In this document: positions 49,264 to 55,561 of the stretch, piece after piece
Numbering within the stretch: the stretch's first letter is position 1
Layout of the letters: each line of letters starts with the position of its first letter
Origin: a virus
Lineage: Duplodnaviria > Caudoviricetes
DNA: 55,561 bases
IMG/VR virus record: IMGVR_UViG_3300025112_006453
Location: 1 to 55,561 of that record
Reading direction: 5' to 3' (one strand)
Program-made: the position numbers and the translations under genes
The notes under the pieces: model-generated
What the model was told of the DNA's origin: nothing
The model's database searches: none
What the model saw: only the letters and a program-made list of their open reading frames with translations

Positions 49264-50214
49264 ATGGCATTCTTAGACAACTCAGGTGATATTATATTGG
49301 ATGCGGTTTTGACCGATACGGGCCGCATGCGACTAGCAAAAGGTGATGGGACCTTTAGAATTGAAAAATTTGCATTAGGAGATGATGAGATCGATTATGC
49401 GCGGTATGATGTTAATGCAACCACCTCGATTAAGGGCTTAACTGTTCTTCAAACCCCAGTATTGGAAGCATTTGCAAACAATGTGGGGAGCATGAAATAC
49501 AAGCTTATGAGTGGCTTGAATAATAATTTGCTTTATCTTCCAATAATTAAATTATTTGAGAGCGGAGATAGCGCTCGTTTTGGCTCTGGCGACAGTGCTA
49601 AATTTATTGTTTTAGTTGATAATACGACAGTGTTATCGGTGATAGGAGCCGGCGCCGGCGCCGCTGCCAGCGGCCTTCCTGGTGGGGTATTGAATGGAAT
49701 TTTTACGGGAGAAAGCACGCACCTAATTCGTGCCGATCAAGGAATTGATAATAATAAGGTTCTTACTATGAGTCCTGAATTGAGAGAAACTCAATATATG
49801 GTGAAGATGGATAACCGATTTGGTTCTCTTATCCCACCACAAGGATCGACAACGCCTGCGCAGCCCGCCTTTATAGATGACGATAGTATAGCAACATATA
49901 TTTTAACATCAGCAACGGATAGTGGTTATGTGAACGTGGATCCAAATTTCTTAATAAACCCGACACAGGGCAGCCAGCCAACCGGTAAAGCCGTCGCCGG
50001 CGCTTTTGGGTCGAGGGTGGCATTTAGAATAAAGGCCTCAACCTCGGTTGCAACAAGCGATCATTTGTTTGCCGTTCTTGGGAATGTTGGCACAGAAACA
50101 ATTGGTTCTCTAGCCAGTGGGAACTACCGATATGTTGACACCATTGTTAACATTTCTGGGGAAACAACCGGCTATAGTATTGACATACCGCTACGATATG
50201 TCAAACAGACCTAG
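49264..50214 (+). CDS. Putative baseplate/tail-fibre attachment protein
   Basis: DAVLTDTGRMRLAKG...FALGDDEIDY resembles the first half of the P2 gpH-N/DUF3751 tail-collar domain. Confidence 0.6.
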   Translation: MAFLDNSGDIILDAVLTDTGRMRLAKGDGTFRIEKFALGDDEIDYARYDVNATTSIKGLTVLQTPVLEAFANNVGSMKYKLMSGLNNNLLYLPIIKLFESGDSARFGSGDSAKFIVLVDNTTVLSVIGAGAGAAASGLPGGVLNGIFTGESTHLIRADQGIDNNKVLTMSPELRETQYMVKMDNRFGSLIPPQGSTTPAQPAFIDDDSIATYILTSATDSGYVNVDPNFLINPTQGSQPTGKAVAGAFGSRVAFRIKASTSVATSDHLFAVLGNVGTETIGSLASGNYRYVDTIVNISGETTGYSIDIPLRYVKQT

Positions 50215-50236
50215 GAAACTAAGATAGGGATACAAA

Positions 50237-51322
50237 ATGGCTTCTACTTTCAAACCACTTAATCAAAATGATATTACCACCGTTAGGGATATGCTCCACG
50301 AAGCAATCCCGATCACGGGGACAATAGTTTCGGGCACATACAATACGGGGCCGACCGATCATAACATCAAAAATTATGAGACTGGCTTATTCCAATCAGT
50401 TTTTGATTATCCTTATTTAAGTTCTTCGGCAAATCATATCTTTGATTTAACAGTTGGCTATTCGAATGTTTCAAGCTTATCGGCCTCCGCGATGGTCGCC
50501 GGCGGCACACAAACAAACAAAAAAATAAATATGTATAATGAGATGGCTCAAATACTTGCTGGGTTCGATGAGACCGGCTCTGTCAGGAGATTCGACAGGG
50601 ACGGGGACCTGACGGGAGGCGCCAAGCTTGATGAAGTTTTTATTGTTAACTTTGCTCGCCTTCTTACAAAAGATGAAATTAAGAAGCAGTCGTTCTCTAT
50701 GACGTTGCTGACCGGGAGCACTGTTTCTACTCCTAGTCTTGTTAGTTCTAATTTATTGATTCAAGATCACGGCGCTCAAACTTCTTATAAAGTTAACTCT
50801 CCTGTGGGCGAATATGGGATTCTTTATACAGCTTCTGCTCCGATCCATAATAATTCAGGCGTCGGTCTAATCTATTATCAGGCTGGTATATGCGTACTCA
50901 CGGCTAGTGTCTTCGACGGCCCGGCGGTTGCAGATTATATTGGCAACAATGGCGCCGGCGGCGAAACAGTAAATTATACTACTGTAGACGATATGCTCAT
51001 TTCGGGCTCAATTTCTGGCTCTTGTGATGCATTTAGGAATCGTTTAGATAATATTTCTTTCAATAATACAACGGAGATTAACTCAACGATTTACTTCTGT
51101 CGGGCAAACTTTAATGAATATAATTATTCTAGTAATCCAACCTATTTGAGTCAAAGTCAGATCGTTGTAAAAACGAGTCCGAATGAATTACCAAGGGCTT
51201 TTGTCACCAGTGTAGGCCTCTACTCGGCTGATAATGAATTGTTAGCTGTTGCTAAGTTGTCGGCACCGCTGCAGAAAGATCCTACGGATGAGCTTATTTT
51301 AAGGGTAAGATTAGATTATTAA
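50237..51322 (+). CDS. Putative baseplate/tail structural protein
   Basis: C-terminal VTSVGLYSADNELLAVAKLSAPLQK...RVRLDY. Confidence 0.65.
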   Translation: MASTFKPLNQNDITTVRDMLHEAIPITGTIVSGTYNTGPTDHNIKNYETGLFQSVFDYPYLSSSANHIFDLTVGYSNVSSLSASAMVAGGTQTNKKINMYNEMAQILAGFDETGSVRRFDRDGDLTGGAKLDEVFIVNFARLLTKDEIKKQSFSMTLLTGSTVSTPSLVSSNLLIQDHGAQTSYKVNSPVGEYGILYTASAPIHNNSGVGLIYYQAGICVLTASVFDGPAVADYIGNNGAGGETVNYTTVDDMLISGSISGSCDAFRNRLDNISFNNTTEINSTIYFCRANFNEYNYSSNPTYLSQSQIVVKTSPNELPRAFVTSVGLYSADNELLAVAKLSAPLQKDPTDELILRVRLDY

Positions 51323-51336
51323 GAAAATGAACTGAA

Positions 51337-52776
51337 ATGTCGTATATTTTTAAGTTCAAACAAAATGATAAGGTTATTAATCTTGTAAGGACTTATCCAC
51401 GAGTTTCTTTTGCCTTTTACAACGGTACCTCCTCCTACAATAATCAATATAAATTAAGTGGACAGTTTACATCTAGTATATTGGGCGCGCCCAATGGTTA
51501 TATTTCGTTATATGAGCAGAATGTCGACCGGAGTGGCTCTCTAGATTTTGCCACCGCGCAAAGCTTATGGCAATCTGATTGGGTGAACCCGGACACCGGC
51601 GAAGAGATCGACGCCGGGATGGCCGCAAACCCCCAAGATCCTTTTGGGTTTGCGGTGGCTGCCGGTTACGACCCCACCAATTTTTATCAAGGCGCCAACC
51701 CTCGCTATTCAACTTTTAAAGTAAAGGATGGCACTAGAATAAACTTTAAGACAGTCTCCCGTAAGGAGTTTAATATTACACCCGACGGGGAGCCTTTCTT
51801 TAAAGACTACCCCCTAACAGCAACGGTCCAAAAATATTATTATTCGGCCGCAAAAGCGAGGTATACAAATTCATTAGAGGGCGGCACGCAGGAGAACCCC
51901 GGGGATGATGTAACCGGTTCTATTACATTCCTATATGCTCTTAAAAATACGATGAATTACTATAAGGTATTAAATCCAAATTATGCATTTTCGTCTTCTG
52001 TCCGAGACTTGAGTGCGTCGACTGGGATGCCCGGCGGCGACCGGGTCGACCCGGTAGAGGCCTCTTTGCTCACTATTCCAACTATTTTTTATGGGGATTC
52101 AATCAAAAAGGGTACTGTAGATTTAAAATTTTATGTAACTGGTACGTTAGTTGGTCAGCTTAAAGATATTAATAGAAATGGGGACTTGATTCAGATAGGC
52201 CCTTCTGGTTCTGGTGGTTCAGGTTCTGTTGGAGGCGTTGCTCTGTATACTGAAGGATTTTTGGTTCTTACGGGCTCATGGGACCTGACCGCCGCCGGAA
52301 CAAAATTTGCTCCTTCTCACAGTGAGGTACTCGGGTACGGAACAGCCCACAATTATCCAAGTTGGATTAATTTTGCTCAGACCATCTCCGGCTCGACCAC
52401 CGGAAACCCAGCGCCACTATCGAGTTGTCAAATGGATTTTAGTGGCTCACATAAAATTCCCACTATGATGTTGTTTGCGACGGCAGAAAAGAACTTACTC
52501 AATCACTCCAATAATCCGACATATCGCAATCGAGATTCACAACTTTTAATAACGTCCGGCTCTTTGGGGTATGTTCAAAATAATAAAGCTCTGATTAAAA
52601 ATACTACATATTCCCCGTATAATGATCCTACCGGCTCGTTTTCAAAAACAACTTATATTTCAAAAATAGGAATTTATGATCGAAACAAGAATCTTATTGC
52701 GATTGCTAAAGTTGCTAAGCCAGTGAAGAAGCTAGAAGAAAGAGAACTAACTTTTAAACTTAAGTTAGACATGTGA
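51337..52776 (+). CDS. Putative baseplate/tail structural protein, paralogue of 50237
   Basis: C-terminal ISKIGIYDRNKNLIAIAKVAKPVKK...KLKLDM; NHSNNPTY versus NYSSNPTY in 50237. Confidence 0.65.
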   Translation: MSYIFKFKQNDKVINLVRTYPRVSFAFYNGTSSYNNQYKLSGQFTSSILGAPNGYISLYEQNVDRSGSLDFATAQSLWQSDWVNPDTGEEIDAGMAANPQDPFGFAVAAGYDPTNFYQGANPRYSTFKVKDGTRINFKTVSRKEFNITPDGEPFFKDYPLTATVQKYYYSAAKARYTNSLEGGTQENPGDDVTGSITFLYALKNTMNYYKVLNPNYAFSSSVRDLSASTGMPGGDRVDPVEASLLTIPTIFYGDSIKKGTVDLKFYVTGTLVGQLKDINRNGDLIQIGPSGSGGSGSVGGVALYTEGFLVLTGSWDLTAAGTKFAPSHSEVLGYGTAHNYPSWINFAQTISGSTTGNPAPLSSCQMDFSGSHKIPTMMLFATAEKNLLNHSNNPTYRNRDSQLLITSGSLGYVQNNKALIKNTTYSPYNDPTGSFSKTTYISKIGIYDRNKNLIAIAKVAKPVKKLEERELTFKLKLDM

Positions 52777-52788
52777 TAAAATTGACCT

Positions 52789-53322
52789 ATGATCTTAGGT
52801 TTAGACATATCAACTAGTATCACCGGCTATACAATATTAGATAATGAAGGCAACATCGTTGCTTGTGAACATATCGACTTGCGTAAAGAAAAAAACTTCT
52901 TTCTTAAGAGCGCTCAAATCGAGGGAGTATTAAACGAAATTAGATCTCTATATTTTATAGAGCAAATATATATTGAGCAGTCACTTCAATCGTTCCGATC
53001 AGGTTTTTCCTCAGCGCAGACACTTTCATTGTTATCAAAAATCAACGGCGTTGTATCGTGGATCTGTTATAATATTTTCGGAAGCGAACCTCAATATCTT
53101 GCAGCCACATCTGCTCGCAAGCTTTGCGGTATTAAGGTTCCCCGCGGCCAGAAAGCAAAGGCCGTTGCAATGCAATTTGTTGTTGACAACGTACCTGATT
53201 TTAATGTAGAATATACAAGACATGGAAATCCCAAGGCTGGTTATGCCGACCGGTCAGATAGTTATATTATAGCAAAGGCGGGCTGGTTGCGTGAAAGACA
53301 AGAAATTCAAAATACTGACTAA
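52789..53322 (+). CDS. RuvC-like Holliday junction resolvase
   Basis: MILGLDISTSITG, IYIEQ and DRSDSYIIA acidic catalytic residues. Confidence 0.85.
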   Translation: MILGLDISTSITGYTILDNEGNIVACEHIDLRKEKNFFLKSAQIEGVLNEIRSLYFIEQIYIEQSLQSFRSGFSSAQTLSLLSKINGVVSWICYNIFGSEPQYLAATSARKLCGIKVPRGQKAKAVAMQFVVDNVPDFNVEYTRHGNPKAGYADRSDSYIIAKAGWLRERQEIQNTD

Positions 53323-54226
53323 CGTGTTGGGACCTACTTATCGGACCAATAACGAGTTTCTTTTTAGGTGCCCATATTGCGATCATCACAAACGTAAGTT
53401 TTCTGTAAATCTCGACAAGGGCTATTACAAGTGCTGGGTTTGTGATACTCGGGGTAAGAATTTGTATCGCGTTATCCGACGCTTTGGCACAAATCGCGAT
53501 AAATCCCAATGGCGAGATTTAACATCTGAAATTGATTATAATAAGCTTGAAGATTTATTTTCCGAGAAAGCCGAAGAGAAGCAAATACTTGAGATGCCCG
53601 AAGGGTTTGTGTCCTTGGCCAACAAAGCGGTTCCCCCTACTGGTTTCGCCGCAAGAAACTATCTGAGAAAAAGAGGAGTGAGCAAACAAGATATTGTTTG
53701 GTGGAAGATGGGATATTGCAGCAAGGGAGAATATGAAGGCAGAATCATTATTCCATCGTTTGATGGTGAAGGTGATTTAAATTACTTTGTTTCTCGATCT
53801 TATGATCGAGCCAGTTACCCAAAATATAAGAACCCCTCAGTAAGTAAAAATATTGTATTTAACGATTTATTTGTCGATTGGAGTTCAGATATTATTTTAG
53901 TTGAGGGAGTATTTGATGCTATTGTCGCTGGCCGGAATTCGGTACCCATCCTTGGCTCTACCCTAAATCAACACTCGGTACTGCTCCGCAAGATCGTAAA
54001 AGAAGATGCCGGAGTATACGTGGCCCTCGATCCCGACGCAAAGAAGAAAGAACTTCAAATTATCAAGACTTTGTTGGATTTTGATATTGAGGTTTGGAAG
54101 GTAAATATCGGGGATAACGAAGATGTTGGCTCGATGGAAAAGGAACAATTCCAGAAATGCCTGGAAAATGCGACCCTTATCACTCCAGACAACTATTTAT
54201 TGTTGACACTTGCTATGTCTGTATAG
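53291..54226 (+). CDS. DNA primase (Zn finger + TOPRIM), GTG start
   Basis: CPYC...CWVC, YLRKRG, RIIIP, KYKNP, LVEGVFDA and ALDPDA. Confidence 0.92.
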   Translation: MKDKKFKILTNVLGPTYRTNNEFLFRCPYCDHHKRKFSVNLDKGYYKCWVCDTRGKNLYRVIRRFGTNRDKSQWRDLTSEIDYNKLEDLFSEKAEEKQILEMPEGFVSLANKAVPPTGFAARNYLRKRGVSKQDIVWWKMGYCSKGEYEGRIIIPSFDGEGDLNYFVSRSYDRASYPKYKNPSVSKNIVFNDLFVDWSSDIILVEGVFDAIVAGRNSVPILGSTLNQHSVLLRKIVKEDAGVYVALDPDAKKKELQIIKTLLDFDIEVWKVNIGDNEDVGSMEKEQFQKCLENATLITPDNYLLLTLAMSV

Positions 54227-54237
54227 AGGAATAAAAC

Positions 54238-54378
54238 ATGAAACAGCTATTATTAGAGACGGTAGTCTTAGCAAAGCAGCTTTTGTTACTGCAGGGATCC
54301 CGCGAGGTTTATGTTCTTTTGGCGCTTAACAGTGCTGGTGCGCTTGTCGCAGGAATGATCGTAGGCTCACTGCTTTAA
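54238..54378 (+). CDS. Small hydrophobic protein (46 aa; not in the ORF track)
   Basis: GAGGA Shine-Dalgarno; MKQLLLETVV...GALVAGMIVGSLL* with a C-terminal hydrophobic helix. Confidence 0.6.
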   Translation: MKQLLLETVVLAKQLLLLQGSREVYVLLALNSAGALVAGMIVGSLL

Positions 54379-54388
54379 GGAATATATT

Positions 54389-54652
54389 ATGAAAATCACT
54401 AAACAAAGACTAAGAAAAATTATTAAGGAAGAACTTTCGAACGTTCTCTCCGAAATGAATGAAGATGATTATCATGCTGTTCGCCTGAGGCTACAAGTAG
54501 AATATGGTGTTGGCGCTTCGGGGGACCTAATAGAGGCTGTCTATAGGATTTGGCCAGAATTTGCAACAGAAGCAGTAGAGGTCCCACCCGAGATAGACCA
54601 GGCTATTAAGATGGCCATCATCGAAGACGCTGCAAACCCAGTGAGAATATAA
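54389..54652 (+). CDS. Small protein with MKITK..L..IIKEE leader
   Basis: MKITKQRLRKIIKEEL; AAGGA upstream. Confidence 0.8.
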   Translation: MKITKQRLRKIIKEELSNVLSEMNEDDYHAVRLRLQVEYGVGASGDLIEAVYRIWPEFATEAVEVPPEIDQAIKMAIIEDAANPVRI

Positions 54653-54653
54653 A

Positions 54654-55100
54654 ATGAAGATTTCAACCGCCCGCTTAAAGCAAATCATCAAAGAGGAACT
54701 CTTTTATCGAGAGTTTCATCGTGAATCCCTAGAGCTTGCCGAAGCAAAGAAGGCGAAAGCCGCGAGAATTTCGAGGAAGATCGCATATCTAGTTGACAAA
54801 GAGGGGAAAGATCCTAAACAGGCAACCGCTATCGCCCACTCTATGGAGGAACGGGGAGAGTTGGAAGAATCAGAAGATGACTGGAATAAGGCTGCCCGTT
54901 TCGTCGACGCCGAGAAAGAGCGCAAATGGAGAGAAAAATGGGTCCAAAGTATTCCTCCGGAAGATCGCAAGGTTGCGGGGGTTGAATATCCCGAGGACGA
55001 CCCTACGTTGCGGACGATCCGACCCGGAGACCCCCATAGTTTCAGACCCGAAAGAAAGCCTAAGCTCGGAGAAGTTCAGTTTTTTGAGAAAGAAGAATGA
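54654..55100 (+). CDS. Small protein with the shared leader
   Basis: MKISTARLKQIIKEEL; internal EGKDPKQATAIAHS. Confidence 0.8.
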   Translation: MKISTARLKQIIKEELFYREFHRESLELAEAKKAKAARISRKIAYLVDKEGKDPKQATAIAHSMEERGELEESEDDWNKAARFVDAEKERKWREKWVQSIPPEDRKVAGVEYPEDDPTLRTIRPGDPHSFRPERKPKLGEVQFFEKEE

Positions 55101-55333
55101 AAGTTACCAAACAAAAACTTAAAGAGGTTATCAGAGAGGTACTTGCGGATACGGACCCCACGGCCCGAGCCCGCGAGTTGCATGGGATATTAAGCAGACT
55201 GGAAGAGGACGTTCTTAAAAATGCTTACATTCCCCAAGGGCCTTCCCACGCGGACGAAGAGGCCAGCTATGCGAAACTTATCAGTTCATATCAGCACATT
55301 CTATCGAGCTTAAAGAGGACCTTTGAAAAATGA
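55097..55333 (+). CDS. Small protein with the shared leader
   Basis: MKVTKQKLKEVIREVL; ATGA overlap. Confidence 0.8.
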   Translation: MKVTKQKLKEVIREVLADTDPTARARELHGILSRLEEDVLKNAYIPQGPSHADEEASYAKLISSYQHILSSLKRTFEK

Positions 55334-55561
55334 AAATCACCAAACAAAGACTAAAAGAGATTATTAGGGAAGAACTTGCTTCTTTAGATGAAAAAAATTA
55401 TTATCCGACCGACTATGGAACAGATCCCACGCGTCGGGAGCGTACTCCGGAGGAACGAGATCGTGATCGCCGCGAACGCGAACGACAAAACCAAGACTAC
55501 ACCCGCCGCCATGGAAAGAAACCATTTGGTTCCCGCGGTACCCACCTAGAAGAAGATGGTC
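55330..55561 (+). CDS. Small protein with the shared leader (3' truncated; not in the ORF track)
   Basis: MKITKQRLKEIIREELASLDEKNYYPTDYG...; ATGA overlap; R/E/D-rich; runs off the window. Confidence 0.8.
   Translation, partial: MKITKQRLKEIIREELASLDEKNYYPTDYGTDPTRRERTPEERDRDRRERERQNQDYTRRHGKKPFGSRGTHLEEDG

Larger units (their letters stand above)
1..55561 (+). mobile_element. Segment of a large myovirus-like (T4-style baseplate) bacteriophage genome
   Basis: gp25-like and gp6-like baseplate genes, a gp55-like sigma factor, a phage-type primase and RuvC. Genes are co-oriented and tightly packed with TAATG/ATGA overlaps. No cellular housekeeping genes are present. Confidence 0.92.

Noticed and set aside
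15704-52776. Bacterial T6SS/eCIS locus with effectors
   Set aside because: No TssJLM, ClpV or Afp15-type ATPase. The module is flanked by a phage sigma factor, RuvC and primase, and gp6 is T4-sized.
52747-52782. Inverted repeat CTAACTT/AAGTTAG and an extended -10-like TGATAAAAT before the RuvC-like gene
   Set aside because: The AT-rich 7-bp stem lies inside coding sequence without a U-tract, and the -35 is poor. This is too weak to call a terminator or a leaderless promoter.
103-55122. Numerous 60-144 aa minus-strand and alternate-frame ORFs in the track
   Set aside because: They lie within or overlap well-supported plus-strand genes and lack motifs, so they are treated as shadow ORFs.
1-55561. 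Stop-codon reassignment as in some large phages
   Set aside because: TAA, TAG and TGA all terminate genes at tight junctions, and very long ORFs are intact in code 11.
1-55561. CRISPR arrays, tRNAs, introns or inteins
   Set aside because: No regularly spaced repeats, no cloverleaf-like sequence in the short intergenic gaps, and no recognisable intein or homing-endonuclease motifs were seen by eye.

Overview
This window is a 55.6-kb, gene-dense, entirely plus-strand segment of a large myovirus-like dsDNA phage with T4-style gene types; the host is unknown. (1) 1-13.8 kb is an 18-gene glycan synthesis and modification cluster. It encodes at least six glycosyltransferases (including a Kre2/Mnt1 GT15-like enzyme), a Cst/GT42-like candidate sialyltransferase, NeuA, NeuB, a cupin, a capless HAD phosphatase, a sulfotransferase, two methyltransferases, two NDP-sugar SDR enzymes and a UDP-sugar dehydrogenase. 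(2) 13.8-15.7 kb holds small genes, an FmdB-type Zn ribbon and a gp55-like late sigma factor. (3) 15.7-20.7 kb holds three paralogues that share an N-terminal gp5/VgrG OB-fold-like domain but carry three different envelope-degrading C-termini (M23 peptidase, lysozyme-fold muramidase, SGNH esterase), followed by a separate HxH spike-like gene. (4) 20.7-52.8 kb is a baseplate/tail module (gp25, gp6, a 3190-aa gp7-like LamG protein and other giant proteins); several of these proteins are strongly enriched in an [ST]-[GAS]-S tripeptide. (5) 52.8-55.6 kb holds a RuvC-like resolvase, a primase and a tandem array of small proteins sharing an MK(I/V)xxxxLxxxI(K/R)E leader. The best candidates for a new system are the triple-warhead split spike and a possible virion glycosylation system (nonulosonic-acid cluster plus a candidate sequon). 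All assignments come from reading motifs by eye; no database searches were run.
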